A DNA stretch of 64,000 nt from a bacterium (GCA_965221165.1 CBDCRP010000003.1:224001-288000); one strand, 5' to 3'. Shown: positions 42,665-54,245, counted from the first letter of the stretch. The notes: a model not told the origin generated them from the letters alone. Made by a program: numbers and translations.

Positions 42665-43753
42665 TTAGTGCCCCTCACCCAATGGTAATTGCACGGCCTC
42701 TCCCGTTTGAGAAGACAACTCCATCGCTATCGTCACCTCCAAGGTTTGGCGTGCATCTCCAGCCGTGGCGTGGGTTGTCGGTCTCCCATTGATGACATGA
42801 TCCAGCCAACTTCTCGTTTCATCACCTAATGGACCCCAATAATCACCCGCCGCCCAGTCACCAGGGGTCGTACTGCTCAAAAATGCCGTGTTGATATGAT
42901 GATCTGGTATATACGTATGGGGAATTCCCTTGTCGGTGTATAGCATCTCATCCTTATGGTCTTCATCAAGCATCAAAACGCCATCCGTACCATAAATCTC
43001 CATCCTCACACTTTGGCCAAGTGCCGGGTATTTCGCGGGCAGAGCGTAAAAAACACCCAGATTCATTACGGCTCCATTGTCAAAGGTGACAATGGACCAA
43101 ATGACATCGTTCGCTGAATAGCCGAGTTCTTTGTATATTTTGCCGTTTCCACGAGCAACCACTTCTACCGGTCGATGACCTTCCATGAACCAGCAGGTCA
43201 TATCCACCCAATACGTGAGTACATCGAGCACGGGCGTTGCGTGAGGAGAGCGCTTCAGAATCTGTAGTCCTTGGGCCCGGGTGTTACAGGTTCGACCTGT
43301 ACCAGCCAGAATTTCCCCTAGTCTTCCTTGAATAATTTGTTCTTTCGCCATCTGGTAGCGACGTTTGAATCGTTGGGCATAACCTACCCTGAGTTCAGTA
43401 CCTGTCCTCTCGGCAACTGAGAGTATGCGGTCGGCATCCTCCAACGTCAGGGAAATCGGTTTTTCTACCAACACAGGTTTACCTAATTCCAAGGCATGGA
43501 TAATGGAATCGGCATGATCGTGCTCGGGTGTGGACACGATGACAGTCGTGACATCCGGGTGTTCTATTACTTCTTCATTTCTACCTGTAGTGAGTTGGGC
43601 GCCTACCCGGTCCCCCAATTCTTTCGCCCGGTCTTGATCAATGTCCGATACCGCCAAAAATTCAAGAGACGGATGATGTGAGACCAGATTAGCTCGCAAG
43701 GTTCCTATTCTGCCAGAACCTACAACACCCACACCTAATGACTTTTTGTTCAT
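42665..43753 (-). CDS. Gfo/Idh/MocA family oxidoreductase
   Basis: GVVGSGRIG Rossmann motif, STPEHDH, VLVEKP. Confidence 0.92.
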   Translation of the reverse strand: MNKKSLGVGVVGSGRIGTLRANLVSHHPSLEFLAVSDIDQDRAKELGDRVGAQLTTGRNEEVIEHPDVTTVIVSTPEHDHADSIIHALELGKPVLVEKPISLTLEDADRILSVAERTGTELRVGYAQRFKRRYQMAKEQIIQGRLGEILAGTGRTCNTRAQGLQILKRSPHATPVLDVLTYWVDMTCWFMEGHRPVEVVARGNGKIYKELGYSANDVIWSIVTFDNGAVMNLGVFYALPAKYPALGQSVRMEIYGTDGVLMLDEDHKDEMLYTDKGIPHTYIPDHHINTAFLSSTTPGDWAAGDYWGPLGDETRSWLDHVINGRPTTHATAGDARQTLEVTIAMELSSQTGEAVQLPLGEGH

Positions 43754-43842
43754 TTTTACCCTCTGGATTTTCTTAAAGAGTTATCTAGTGAGACGCCGTA
43801 CAAGAAATGCGCTACTACTTCTCTCTATTGCAGGAAGAAATC

Positions 43843-43872
43843 AAAAAAAAACCGGCCTCCTAGGAGACCGGT
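43843..43872 (-). terminator. Intrinsic terminator after pnp
   Basis: Minus strand ACCGGTCTCC-TA-GGAGGCCGG followed by a run of nine T. Confidence 0.85.
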
Positions 43873-43894
43873 ACACACACAAAATTTGATTTCA

Positions 43895-46030
43895 TCAGGT
43901 CACAGGCGCATAGAATTGCTTCCATTCTTCGGGCAACTCTTCTTCGGCTACATCTTTCATTGAAAGGCGGATTCTCCCATTTCCTTCCACTTCTATGCAT
44001 TTCACCAAAACCTTCTGGCCTTCTTTTAAGACATCACTTACCGAACCAATTCTTTTCTTCGCAATCATGCTGATATGGCAAAGACCATCCGTTCCCGGGA
44101 ATATTTCGACGAATGCTCCAAAATCCATAATTTTTCTGACCGTACCATAATAAATCGTGCCCTTCTTGGCTTCCTGAGTAAGTTCACGAATAATCTCCAT
44201 AGCCCTGAGGGCTGCTGCTTCATCCGTGGATGAGATGAAGATGGTTCCATCATCCTCAATGTCTACATCCGCACCTGTTTCCTCGACGATTCCGCGAATC
44301 ACTTTTCCTCCCGGTCCAATGACATCCCTCACTCGATCTTTGGATACCTGCATCGTCATAATCCTCGGCGCGTAGGGGGAAATCTCTTCGCTTGGCTGGG
44401 AGATAACTTTGTCCATCTGATCAAGTACATGCATTCTCGCATCATTAGCTTGCGTCAAAGCCTCTTTTACGAGGCTTAATTGCAACCCTTTGATCTTGAT
44501 ATCCATCTGAAGAGCAGTAATGCCATGACGCGTCCCACCGACCTTGAAGTCCATGTCTCCTAAATGATCTTCCAATCCGAGGATATCGGTAAGTATTGCC
44601 GTTCTTCCTGTGGATTCCTCACTAATTAAACCCATGGCAATGCCAGCCACTGGAGATGTTATCGGTACGCCCGCGCTCATCAAGGCCAAGCTGGCACCGC
44701 AGATGCTCGCCATGGATGAACTGCCATTGCTCTCCGTGATATCTGAAACCACTCGGATTGTATAGGGAAAATCTTCCTGCTCAGGCAAAATCGCCTGCAC
44801 GGCCCGAGAAGCAAGTGCACCGTGTCCAATTTCACGGCGGCCAGGACCACGGTTTGGCTTCGCTTCACCAACACTAAATCCAGGGAAATTATAGTGAAGC
44901 AGAAAAGTCCTGTCGGCTTTACCATCTAGCGTGTCTATCAATTGCGCTTCGGAGGCAGTACCTAGCGTTACAGTCACCAACGCTTGGGTTTCACCTCGGG
45001 TAAACAATGCGCTGCCATGGGGCCTGGCAAGAGGCGACATTCTGATGGTAATCGGCCTGACATCACGAAGCCCACGACCATCCGAGCGTTTCTCCTCATC
45101 TAAAATCAAACCACGAAAAACTTCTTTTTCGATTTTACCAAAATACTCAAAGACAACTCCCCTGTCAGGAGACCCCTCTTCGTCTGTGCAAAGAGAATCG
45201 ACCGCAGTAGCTTTCGCTTCATCAATTGCACCATATTGTCCTGCTTTGTCGTGAATCTCGGCAGCCGCTTTTAGTTTAGGAACAACAATTTCACGAACCT
45301 TCTCCATTGTTTCTGTATCTTCTTCTTCAGGATCGACGACACGTTTTGTTTTTCCGCATTCCGCTCTCAGTTCATTCTGCAAAGCGCACAACTCTTTAAT
45401 TACAAAATGGCCTTTCTCAAACGCTTCCATATATACATCTTCGGAAACTTCAAAACTGCCTGCTTCCACCATCACTATCGCGGCCGATGTTCCAGCCATC
45501 ACACAATTCACATCGCTGTCAATTTGCTGTTCGATTGTCGGATTGACAATAATTTCTCCATCAATTCTTCCAACACGAACAGCACCAATAGGGCCAGCGA
45601 AAGGGATATCAGAAATGTGGAGAGCAGCGGAAGTTCCGTTGATTGCCAAAATGTCGGAATCATTCAACTTATCGTAAGACATGACCATCACCTGAACCAT
45701 CGTCTCACAACGAAATTCTTTAGGGAAAAGAGGTCGGATTGGCCTATCGATTAAACGACAAGTTAATGTCTCTCTCTCTCCAGGCTTAGCTTCACGCCGA
45801 AAAAAATTGCCGGGAATAATTCCTGCTGCATAGAAAAACTCTCGGTAATCAACAGTAAGAGGGAAAAAATCCACCCCCTCACGTGGAGAAAGCGAAGCGC
45901 AAACCGCACACAACACGCTGGTTTCGCCGTAGTGCATCATTACGGCGCCACCGGCTTGTTTGGCTATCTCACCCGTTTCAAAGGCAAGAGTATAACCATT
46001 GATAGATGTTTCTTTACGATATGGTGACAT
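43895..46030 (-). CDS. pnp: Polyribonucleotide nucleotidyltransferase
   Basis: [43 protein letters not shown] and S1 domains. Confidence 0.98.
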   Translation of the reverse strand: MSPYRKETSINGYTLAFETGEIAKQAGGAVMMHYGETSVLCAVCASLSPREGVDFFPLTVDYREFFYAAGIIPGNFFRREAKPGERETLTCRLIDRPIRPLFPKEFRCETMVQVMVMSYDKLNDSDILAINGTSAALHISDIPFAGPIGAVRVGRIDGEIIVNPTIEQQIDSDVNCVMAGTSAAIVMVEAGSFEVSEDVYMEAFEKGHFVIKELCALQNELRAECGKTKRVVDPEEEDTETMEKVREIVVPKLKAAAEIHDKAGQYGAIDEAKATAVDSLCTDEEGSPDRGVVFEYFGKIEKEVFRGLILDEEKRSDGRGLRDVRPITIRMSPLARPHGSALFTRGETQALVTVTLGTASEAQLIDTLDGKADRTFLLHYNFPGFSVGEAKPNRGPGRREIGHGALASRAVQAILPEQEDFPYTIRVVSDITESNGSSSMASICGASLALMSAGVPITSPVAGIAMGLISEESTGRTAILTDILGLEDHLGDMDFKVGGTRHGITALQMDIKIKGLQLSLVKEALTQANDARMHVLDQMDKVISQPSEEISPYAPRIMTMQVSKDRVRDVIGPGGKVIRGIVEETGADVDIEDDGTIFISSTDEAAALRAMEIIRELTQEAKKGTIYYGTVRKIMDFGAFVEIFPGTDGLCHISMIAKKRIGSVSDVLKEGQKVLVKCIEVEGNGRIRLSMKDVAEEELPEEWKQFYAPVT

Positions 46031-46062
46031 TAGATTACTTCCCTTTGAGGCAAGGACCACAT

Positions 46063-46332
46063 CTAGCGACGCAGGCCGAGATCCTGAATTACCGCCCGGT
46101 AGCGGTTGATGTCCTTCTCTTTTAAATAATCAAGGAGGCGGCGCCGCTGACCCACGAGTTTCAGTAGCCCTCTTCGGGAATGATGATCTTTCTTGTGGGT
46201 CTTGAAGTGATCCGTGAGGTAGGCAATGCGCTCAGTTAGAATAGCTGTCTGTACTTCTGGTGAACCGGTATCGGTGTCATGTGTACGAAATTTTTCGATT
46301 ACTTCCGATTTTCGCTCCTTTGCTAGGGGCAT
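46063..46332 (-). CDS. rpsO: 30S ribosomal protein S15
   Basis: [33 protein letters not shown]. Confidence 0.98.
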   Translation of the reverse strand: MPLAKERKSEVIEKFRTHDTDTGSPEVQTAILTERIAYLTDHFKTHKKDHHSRRGLLKLVGQRRRLLDYLKEKDINRYRAVIQDLGLRR

Positions 46333-46474
46333 TTCTTTAACTTCCTCCACTACTTGATGTATTGCCCTGGGCCCTCCCGAGGCCATTCATTCAGATTTTT
46401 GAGTTTACTAAAAACGGGTGGATTCTATACAAATTTTTCATCAATGTAAATACAGCGCACTTACTCCTGGAACT

Positions 46475-47398
46475 CTAGGTAACAAACACCTTTTCGGGCG
46501 CCACGAATCCCTGGTTTCGTTTCTTTTCATGTACCATCTTTCCGACCGCCAATAACTCCCCTGGTTCGTTCAATATACGGACACGGGTATCCACCGGCAA
46601 ATCAACAACTTGCTGAACATCTTCCAACCTGATTATAGCACCATTCAATACCCGCACTTCTGCCCTCGGCCGCACATATATAGAGGGCAAATGTGCAAGA
46701 GCTTGAGCTGGGCTCACCAGGATATCTTTAAGGCGTTGGTCTTCAGAATAACGTTTCACATCTTCGAGAGAAACGGAATCCTTGATGTGAAATGGTCCCA
46801 AAGCAGTACGCGTAAGCGCTTGCAGACAACCGCCAGACCCTTGATTCGTCCCGATATCATGACAAATGGAGCGAATATATGTTCCCCGAGAGCATGTGAC
46901 ATCAAAGGTAAGTTGTGGACCATCCATCTTAATCGCTTTTATCCAAAATACCTCTATCGGCCGCCTCTCTCTGGCAATTTCCTTACCGGAACGCGCCAAT
47001 GCGTGCAGGCGCTTTCCAGCAATCTTCAAGGCGGAATACATCGGTGGTACTTGTGTCGTCTTGCCCAGCATAGCATTCAGAAGCTCCTGAGCTCTAGAAA
47101 ATGAGATGTTGCCTGGGTCGGATTCGGTTAACAATTTCCCCGTAACGTCCTGGGTATCTGTCACTCGTCCAAACAACATGACAGCCCGATACGTTTTTTG
47201 ACATTCCAAAAAATATGAAAACAACTTCGTCGAATTACCTAAGCAAATTGGCAAAACTCCCTCGGCCATTGGGTCAAGTGTACCTGCATGACCCACTTTT
47301 GTTTTTGAGGGAAGTAGTTTTCTCATCTCATCAACCATATCGTGCGAAGTGGGGCCATGCTTTTTCTTGAGATTCAAAACTCCTGAGGGTTCCAACAT
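46475..47398 (-). CDS. truB: tRNA pseudouridine(55) synthase
   Basis: KVGHAGTLDP, QVPPMYSALK, GTYIRS, C-terminal PUA. Confidence 0.96.
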   Translation of the reverse strand: MLEPSGVLNLKKKHGPTSHDMVDEMRKLLPSKTKVGHAGTLDPMAEGVLPICLGNSTKLFSYFLECQKTYRAVMLFGRVTDTQDVTGKLLTESDPGNISFSRAQELLNAMLGKTTQVPPMYSALKIAGKRLHALARSGKEIARERRPIEVFWIKAIKMDGPQLTFDVTCSRGTYIRSICHDIGTNQGSGGCLQALTRTALGPFHIKDSVSLEDVKRYSEDQRLKDILVSPAQALAHLPSIYVRPRAEVRVLNGAIIRLEDVQQVVDLPVDTRVRILNEPGELLAVGKMVHEKKRNQGFVAPEKVFVT

Positions 47399-47409
47399 CT
47401 TGTCCTTCC

Positions 47410-47769
47410 TCAAACCTGCTTCTTCACGTCAGAAAATAATCGCTCAATTTCGTCGCTGTATGCCAAACTGTGGTCAGTGAAAAATTTCAGCCTTGGTGTA
47501 CTTTTCAATTCCAAGCGTTCGGCGAGTTTTTTTTGCAAGAAACCACAGGCGCCTTCAAGACCCTTAAACCCTTCTTCCATCTCCTCAGAATTCCCTTGAT
47601 TTTCACCGTAGCAGCTAAAATAGACCTTCGCAGCTTTCAAATCAGGTGACATTTCTACTCGTGTGATCACTACATGTCGTACACGCGGATCTTTCACATC
47701 TCTCATTAACACATTCGCCAGTTCGGAATGTATGAGATCCGCTACACGCAGCACACGAGAATGACTCAT
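47410..47769 (-). CDS. rbfA: Ribosome-binding factor A
   Basis: VKDPRV, SPDLKAAKVY, TPRLKF; operon position. Confidence 0.95.
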   Translation of the reverse strand: MSHSRVLRVADLIHSELANVLMRDVKDPRVRHVVITRVEMSPDLKAAKVYFSCYGENQGNSEEMEEGFKGLEGACGFLQKKLAERLELKSTPRLKFFTDHSLAYSDEIERLFSDVKKQV

Positions 47770-47790
47770 TTTTTCAATTTTCTCCTGAAA

Positions 47791-48075
47791 TCAAAAAATC
47801 TCGATATCAAAATCCAATACAACCACGAGACCCGTTCCTTCAAGGAAGTTCAGCACCTTTCTCAGTTGGCTATCTACAAATCGGCCCTCATTGCTTACCA
47901 AGCTCACACCAATACGACATCTTTGCCACTTATCTTGAAAATCGACTTCAGCGACAGACACATTAAACCGTTGGCGCAGGCGTGTCGTTACCGACTGAAC
48001 TATCTTGCGCTTTGCTTTGAGCGAGCGGCATTCGGGAATCTGAATATCGATTGTCGCAAGACCAACAACTGGCAT
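47791..48075 (-). CDS. DUF503 (YlxP-like) protein
   Basis: SLKAKRK...FNVSVAEVD.QDKWQR; between infB and rbfA. Confidence 0.9.
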   Translation of the reverse strand: MPVVGLATIDIQIPECRSLKAKRKIVQSVTTRLRQRFNVSVAEVDFQDKWQRCRIGVSLVSNEGRFVDSQLRKVLNFLEGTGLVVVLDFDIEIF

Positions 48076-48113
48076 GGGTATGAAGATTTCAAAAAAAGAC
48101 GATGCCAATCAAC

Positions 48114-50360
48114 CTAAAGCGTCCGAGATACTTCTTCCGTAATATATGGTTCTATGATATCGCCTTGCTTGATGTCATTATAATGCTCAATCCCGATTCC
48201 ACACTCATAACCAGACTGAACCTCATTTACATCATCTTTGAATCGCCTCAAAGATGAAATCTTACCTGTATAGATAACTACATTATCGCGAATAAGCCGC
48301 ACACTTGAATTTCTATTAATATTTCCATCGGTGACATAACAACCCGCTATGGTCCCCACATTAGGAACATGGAATAGTTCCCGAATTTCCGCGTGCCCAC
48401 GCACTACTTCTCGCTGAACTGGTTCGAGTATTCCCTCAAGAGCCAGCTTAATTTCATCGATAGCATCATAGATGACAGAATATAATCTAATATCCACTTT
48501 TTCATGTTTCGCGACTTCTCTGGCTTCTGGCGTCGGTCGAACATTGAAGCCTACGATCACAGCTGCCGAGGCAGCTGCGAGCATTACATCGGTTTCCGTA
48601 ATCCCACCTACTGCACTATGCAGAACCTTAACTCCCACCTCATCATTGCCTAGCTTACCCAAAGATTCCTTCAGTGCCTCTATGCTTCCCTGCACATCTG
48701 CTTTCAGAATCAAACTCAACTCTTTCAGCTGACCTTCCTCTACATTTTCCATGAAACTTTCCAAAGAAACTCGCGCAGAAGCCATAAGCGCCGCCATACG
48801 TTCACGTTGTTGACGTCTTGCGCTTATCTCTCTAGCCATCTTCTCATCTTCTAAAACCGTAAACGTATCACCAGCCTCAGGAACACCAGCGAATCCCAAA
48901 ATTTCTACTGGCGTAGCAGGTCCCGCAGACTTCAACTTGCGGCCTTGGTCATCTAGCAGAGCGCGCACTTTGCCACTCCATTTGCCAGCTACAAAGTTAT
49001 CACCCACTTTCAAAGTGCCCCCTTGAACCAAAACAGTGGCAACCGGACCCCGCCCCCTGTCCAGCTTCGCTTCAACGACAACGCCGCTGGCGGGCCGGTT
49101 CGGGTTGGCCTTCAACTCCATGAGTTCTGCCTGTAGAATAGCAATATCCAAAAGCTCATCAATTCCGATATTCTCTTTCGCAGAAATCTCAGAATAAACC
49201 GTATCGCCACCCCAATCCTCTGGGATTAAATCTAAAGTTGAAAGTTGCTGCTTCACCCTGTCGGGATTCGCATCTGCTAAATCCATTTTGTTCATCGCCA
49301 CCATAATCGGGACTTCAGCGGCTTTTGCATGATCGATGGCTTCTCGCGTTTGAGGCATCACCCCTTCATTCGCCGCCACAACGATGATTACCAAATCCGT
49401 TACTTGGGCACCACGTGCCCTCATAGCTGTAAAAGCTTCATGTCCTGGGGTATCTAAAAATACAGCCGTCCCTCTGTCCGTTGTAACTCTATAGGCGCCG
49501 ATATGCTGGGTTATCCCACCCGCTTCACCTTCCATCACGTTGGCTTTGCGGATGGCATCGAGAAGCCTCGTTTTCCCATGATCAACATGCCCCATAATTG
49601 TTATAACCGGAGCTCTGAGTTGAAGATCTTCTTTCTTGTCCTCTTCTTGAATCAGCAGGTCTTCTATATTATCTTTGGATATTTCAACCTCATAGCCAAA
49701 GGTTTCAGAGATATCTGTAGCAGTGTTATGATCTATCATTTGATTGATCGTCGTCATCTGGCCTTTTTTCATCAATTCCTTGATAACTTCCGTCGCCTTT
49801 ACGTTAATTTTCTCAGCGAGTTCCTTCACCGTTATCGTCTCAGCAATACGTACACGCCCTCCGTGCCGGCGAAGAGATTTCTCTTTAGTGATATCCTGAG
49901 TAGCTTTGGAGCTTGGTGGTGTTGTGGCGATTTTATCTTTCGGTGGTGGAGTTGTTTTTTCTATGACTAACTGTTTTTTCTCCCTAACCTCGTCTTTTCC
50001 TGCGCCTGATTTCTCATCCACTGCGACATCTTCTGGTGTGACCGATACCTCAGCCGTCGCTTCTTTAGGGGTGTGAGAGGCTCTTGATTCTACTTCTTTC
50101 AGGACAAGACTGTCTTCTTTCTCTGCATGAGCAACCGTTGTTTTCTTTGAAGTTCTTTTTTCCGCCTTGCTTTCTGGTGCCACTTTTTTCTCTTGAAGTG
50201 TTTCTTGAGAAAAAAGCGCCATCACTAGCTCTGCAGTTTCATCATCAACAGTACTCATATGGCCTTTAACTACGATTCCCTCTCTGGCTAATTCCTCAAC
50301 AAAAGCCCTGCTGTCATATCCAAGATTTTTAGCCAGTTGGTATACGCGTACATTCGCCAT
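48114..50360 (-). CDS. infB: Translation initiation factor IF-2
   Basis: [40 protein letters not shown]. Confidence 0.98.
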   Translation of the reverse strand: MANVRVYQLAKNLGYDSRAFVEELAREGIVVKGHMSTVDDETAELVMALFSQETLQEKKVAPESKAEKRTSKKTTVAHAEKEDSLVLKEVESRASHTPKEATAEVSVTPEDVAVDEKSGAGKDEVREKKQLVIEKTTPPPKDKIATTPPSSKATQDITKEKSLRRHGGRVRIAETITVKELAEKINVKATEVIKELMKKGQMTTINQMIDHNTATDISETFGYEVEISKDNIEDLLIQEEDKKEDLQLRAPVITIMGHVDHGKTRLLDAIRKANVMEGEAGGITQHIGAYRVTTDRGTAVFLDTPGHEAFTAMRARGAQVTDLVIIVVAANEGVMPQTREAIDHAKAAEVPIMVAMNKMDLADANPDRVKQQLSTLDLIPEDWGGDTVYSEISAKENIGIDELLDIAILQAELMELKANPNRPASGVVVEAKLDRGRGPVATVLVQGGTLKVGDNFVAGKWSGKVRALLDDQGRKLKSAGPATPVEILGFAGVPEAGDTFTVLEDEKMAREISARRQQRERMAALMASARVSLESFMENVEEGQLKELSLILKADVQGSIEALKESLGKLGNDEVGVKVLHSAVGGITETDVMLAAASAAVIVGFNVRPTPEAREVAKHEKVDIRLYSVIYDAIDEIKLALEGILEPVQREVVRGHAEIRELFHVPNVGTIAGCYVTDGNINRNSSVRLIRDNVVIYTGKISSLRRFKDDVNEVQSGYECGIGIEHYNDIKQGDIIEPYITEEVSRTL

Positions 50361-50437
50361 AAAACCTCCACCGCAGATTTTTCATATCCACTATCAAATC
50401 ATAAATAAGTCTCAAATGAACTCCAGAAAATATCTTG

Positions 50438-51001
50438 TCAATCGCAACCAATTGCTCTTTCCTGCATCAAGCGCAAGCAAATACCGTCAACAAGAAGAGT
50501 ATCCTCGATAAACAACACGCCAATCGGCTTTCGACTCAATAATCTCCCAAGTTCACTCATATCAAAAGGTAGAATATAAAATTCTTCAGCCACGCGTTTC
50601 AAGTTCATCAAAACTTTTGACGATATGTCCTTGGAAGCAAACGGTTTTCCTATGTTTGAGAGTTTTATTTTCTTGAAAACCGCCTCTTTCCCCAATGTGA
50701 GTACACCCTTTCTTTGAGATGCAATCAACATGCCCTTGAGGTTTTGTCCAAGAAGCATTCTCAGATTTCGAATCAATTCCTCCGAATCGATTCTAAAATC
50801 CCTTCTTTTCAGCGCAATTTCCAAACGATCTGAAGAAATAAGCCGTGAAATACAACTCGAATTAAAACAACAATGCGCCCCTCTACCGGGCAATTTACTT
50901 CCTAACTCATAAACGATATTTTCCTCTGGGCCGATCAATATTCTAAAAAAAATATTCACATTGCCTTTATTCCGACAAGCTACACAGGTTCTATGGGGCA
51001 A
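50438..51001 (-). CDS. YlxR/DUF448 RNA-binding protein fused to an L7Ae-like domain
   Basis: PHRTCVAC, PGRGAHCC, then GVLTLGKEAV...SELGRLLSR; between nusA and infB. Confidence 0.8.
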   Translation of the reverse strand: MPHRTCVACRNKGNVNIFFRILIGPEENIVYELGSKLPGRGAHCCFNSSCISRLISSDRLEIALKRRDFRIDSEELIRNLRMLLGQNLKGMLIASQRKGVLTLGKEAVFKKIKLSNIGKPFASKDISSKVLMNLKRVAEEFYILPFDMSELGRLLSRKPIGVLFIEDTLLVDGICLRLMQERAIGCD

Positions 51002-51016
51002 ACACTCATTCCCTCA

Positions 51017-52372
51017 TCATACTTCATGAGACTCCGAACCGGCGGATTTTTCATGCGATTGGGCTGCTTCAATCAGTAGCTCAGCCCGCTTCGGACCTAT
51101 CCCGGGAACCTCACATAATTCATCCGTCGACGCCGCGCTAATGGCCGCAATTGTAGAAAAACCATTGTCTGCCAAAAGACGCGCCATTTTCTCACCAACG
51201 AGTTCTAGTTCTACTAATTCACTGGAGGAACTTTCATCAGTTCCTGTTGTCTGCATACCTTGTTCTTGATCTTCCTCTTCTCCGCTGGCAACCGTTGTCT
51301 GGCTATCATCATTCGAAAAAGCCTGCTCGGCGACAATGCGTCGATACTCGCCCTCACCTTTCAGATCAATTTTCCATCCTAAGAGTTTTGCCGCCAAGCG
51401 AACATTTTGTCCGCCTTTCCCAATGGCGAGAGAGAGCTGATCGTCAGGCACCAACACCTCCATTCGGCCTTCATCTTCAAACAAGGTAATGTGTTGTATT
51501 TTGGCAGGGCTGAGCGCATTTGCCGCATATGTGCGTATATCGTCACTCCAAGAAATGATATCGATCTTCTCTCCCCTAAGCTCTTGAACAATTGATTGCA
51601 CACGGCTGCCCCTTGTTCCTACGCATGCGCCCACAGGATCAATGTCTCGCTCATGACTTACAACAGAGACTTTTGAACGTCCACTTGGCTCTCGGACACA
51701 CCCTTTGATAGCCACTATCCCATCGTAAATTTCGGGTACTTCCATTTCAAATAGACGAATCAGCAAACCAGGATGCGTTCTACTCAGAACTATTTGGGGA
51801 CCTTTGGTTATCTCCCGCACCTCCATCATATAAGCGCGGATTCGGTCGCCTCGCTTATACACTTCTCTGAATATTTGCTCTCGACGAGGGAGGATCGCCT
51901 CTGTACGTCCAATATCTACATAAATATTGCCGCGCTCTACCTGCGAGACAGACCCAGTGATTAAATCACCTTCGCGCTCCTTGAATTCTTGGTAAATATT
52001 CGCACGCTCCGCTTCTCGGACTCGCTGCAATATCACTTGCTTGGCTATTTGCGCGGCTATCCTGCCCAGTCCTTCGGTTTCGACGCCTTGCTCAAGAAAA
52101 TCTCCAACCTGAATATCAGGATTTTCCTTGCGCGCTTCATCCAAAAGTATTTCGTTCTGAGGATTTTGAATAATCCTGACGACTTCTTTTGCCGCTTTGA
52201 CGTCGATTTCGCCAGTTTGCTCATCAAATGATACATCCACATTTTTACCTAAACCGTATTGCTTCTTCGCGGCTGACGCCATGGCGACCTTTAGGGTATC
52301 GAGGAGTACTTCCTTCGCAACACCTCGCTCACGCTCTAATTGTGTCAGGACCGCAATCAATTCTTGACTCAC
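51017..52372 (-). CDS. nusA: Transcription termination/antitermination factor NusA
   Basis: GRIAAQIAKQVI, LSRTHP, DPVGACVG, SLAIGKGGQNVRLA, C-terminal HhH repeats. Confidence 0.98.
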   Translation of the reverse strand: MSQELIAVLTQLERERGVAKEVLLDTLKVAMASAAKKQYGLGKNVDVSFDEQTGEIDVKAAKEVVRIIQNPQNEILLDEARKENPDIQVGDFLEQGVETEGLGRIAAQIAKQVILQRVREAERANIYQEFKEREGDLITGSVSQVERGNIYVDIGRTEAILPRREQIFREVYKRGDRIRAYMMEVREITKGPQIVLSRTHPGLLIRLFEMEVPEIYDGIVAIKGCVREPSGRSKVSVVSHERDIDPVGACVGTRGSRVQSIVQELRGEKIDIISWSDDIRTYAANALSPAKIQHITLFEDEGRMEVLVPDDQLSLAIGKGGQNVRLAAKLLGWKIDLKGEGEYRRIVAEQAFSNDDSQTTVASGEEEDQEQGMQTTGTDESSSSELVELELVGEKMARLLADNGFSTIAAISAASTDELCEVPGIGPKRAELLIEAAQSHEKSAGSESHEV

Positions 52373-52405
52373 AAAACTACTCCTCCATGATGGATTGAGT
52401 TGACT

Positions 52406-52900
52406 CTACTCTGTTTTCTCTGAACCTTGAAATTCCGCTTCCCAATCCACATCTAAGTTCGCTTTTGCGATATCAGCCAGTGAAAATGAAGCCTTTCCTC
52501 CGTCTCTTGAAAGCACATGAATGATATTTTCATCAATCGCGACTATCTTACCTGAAATTTTCCTCTTCCCTTTCCCCCTGCCTTTCAAGCGTATTCGCAC
52601 CCAATGTCCGACATAGCGCTCAAAATCTTGGATTTTCCGCAGAGGTCTTTCAATGCCAGGACTTGATACTTCGAGGCGATACGAATTTTCAATGACATCC
52701 TCTTCCTCGAAGCGTTCTCCGAGTTCACGGCTGGCAGCTACGCAATCAGAAATAAAAATCCCGCCCGGCTTTTCAATATATACTCGTATAATCCGCCGGC
52801 TCCGGTTACCGGTAAGTTCAATATCAATCAATTCAAGCCCTAGGCTAGAAACAATTTCCTGGGCGATAGTCCATATTTGACCATCAACCTCTATTATCAC
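52406..52900 (-). CDS. rimP: Ribosome maturation factor RimP
   Basis: YRLEVSSPGIERPL. Confidence 0.96.
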   Translation of the reverse strand: MIIEVDGQIWTIAQEIVSSLGLELIDIELTGNRSRRIIRVYIEKPGGIFISDCVAASRELGERFEEEDVIENSYRLEVSSPGIERPLRKIQDFERYVGHWVRIRLKGRGKGKRKISGKIVAIDENIIHVLSRDGGKASFSLADIAKANLDVDWEAEFQGSEKTE

Positions 52901-52926
52901 ACCAACCTCTGAATTCGAGGGTAAAT

Positions 52927-52952
52927 AAAAAAATGGGCCATCAATTGACCCA
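52927..52952 (-). promoter_or_regulatory. Terminator-like attenuator hairpin in the rimP-nusA leader
   Basis: Minus strand GTGGGTCA-ATTGA-TGGCCCAT followed by a T run, just upstream of rimP. Confidence 0.7.
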
Positions 52953-53263
52953 CTTACTCGACAGCCAAAATCACCAATATTCTAATCGCCATTCGAGCAA
53001 AGCGCAAGTGCAGTAGCTTCTTAGTGGGATTTGTGGGATATGAGGACATTCTTGCTCGAAAATATGCGACATGCTAGATTCTGCCAAATTGCTCGGATAG
53101 AGATGTTGTGGAATAAGCAAAGTGGCGAAGATACTTTAAGTGGCATCCTCGCGAGATAACTCGGGATGCTTCACCCGCTGCAGAAGCACTTGCCTCTTCG
53201 TTGAGGCGCAATCGTCTATTCTCTTTCAACAAAAAGTACAAACACGCATTCAAAGGCAGTTCT

Positions 53264-54235
53264 ATGATTCGATTGACCAAGCCCAAAGCCCTATGGATAT
53301 ACGAAACAATGATTCGTATTAGAAGGTTCGAGGAGCGTTCCATCGAACTATTTCAAGGAGGTGAACTACCAGGTTTCCTCCACGCCTATATTGGCGAAGA
53401 GGCCGTCGCAACCGGGGTTTGCGTTCATTTAACCCCAAAAGACCAAATCACCTCCACGCACCGCGGCCATGGGCACATGATCGCCAAGGGGCTTCAATAC
53501 GAGGGTATGTTCGCCGAATTGTACGCTCGTGCAACCGGCTACTGCAAAGGCAAGGGGGGCTCAATGCATATAGCCGACCAGGGCTTGGGGGTTCTCGGCG
53601 CGAATGGCATTGTGGGAGGGGGTATTCCTATCGCCACCGGCGCTGCCCTCGGACTCAAATTAAAGGGCGAAAAACACGTTGCGGTCAGTTTTTTTGGCGA
53701 CGGGGCAAGTAATGAAGGTGCTTTTCATGAAGGCATCAACATCGCTTCCACCTGGAAACTCCCCGCCGTATTCGTTTGCGAAAACAACGGATTCGCTGAA
53801 AGCACGCCTCGCGCCACTCACCAAGCAGTTCAAGACATCGCCGATCGGGCCAAGGCCTATGGCATGCCTGGAATTGTCGTTGATGGCATGGACCCCCAAG
53901 CTGTATACGAAGTGGCTGGCGAGGCGATTGCGCGGGCTCGCAAAGGGCGAGGACCCACGTTGATCGAAGCAAAAACAATGCGTTTTTTGGGTCATTACGT
54001 GGGCGATCCCGGTACCGCTTATGGACACGACAAAGAAGTGGGCAAATGGCTGAAACGAGACCCACTCATCACTTTTGCCGAAACACTCGAGAAGAAAAAA
54101 TGGTTGAACAAAAAAAGTATCGACGCCATCTACGCGAATGTGAACAAAAAAATGGAAGAAGCCATCGAATTTGCCCGGAAAAGCCCGGAACCCGGGCTTG
54201 ACGACGCCATGACTGACATCTACGCGTCCGTTTAG
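53264..54235 (+). CDS. 2-oxoacid/acetoin dehydrogenase E1 alpha subunit
   Basis: PGFLHAYIGEEA, STHRGHGH, GKGGSMH, FFGDGA...ENN. Confidence 0.93.
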   Translation: MIRLTKPKALWIYETMIRIRRFEERSIELFQGGELPGFLHAYIGEEAVATGVCVHLTPKDQITSTHRGHGHMIAKGLQYEGMFAELYARATGYCKGKGGSMHIADQGLGVLGANGIVGGGIPIATGAALGLKLKGEKHVAVSFFGDGASNEGAFHEGINIASTWKLPAVFVCENNGFAESTPRATHQAVQDIADRAKAYGMPGIVVDGMDPQAVYEVAGEAIARARKGRGPTLIEAKTMRFLGHYVGDPGTAYGHDKEVGKWLKRDPLITFAETLEKKKWLNKKSIDAIYANVNKKMEEAIEFARKSPEPGLDDAMTDIYASV

Positions 54236-54245
54236 AGAAAAGAGA

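Noticed and set aside
53140-53210. Hairpins upstream of the E1 alpha gene as a riboswitch
   Set aside because: No match to TPP or other riboswitch cores that I can recognise.
39400-54200. dif site or prophage/island explaining the low-GC block
   Set aside because: No convincing dif consensus, integrase, tRNA or att repeats found by eye in the intergenic regions.
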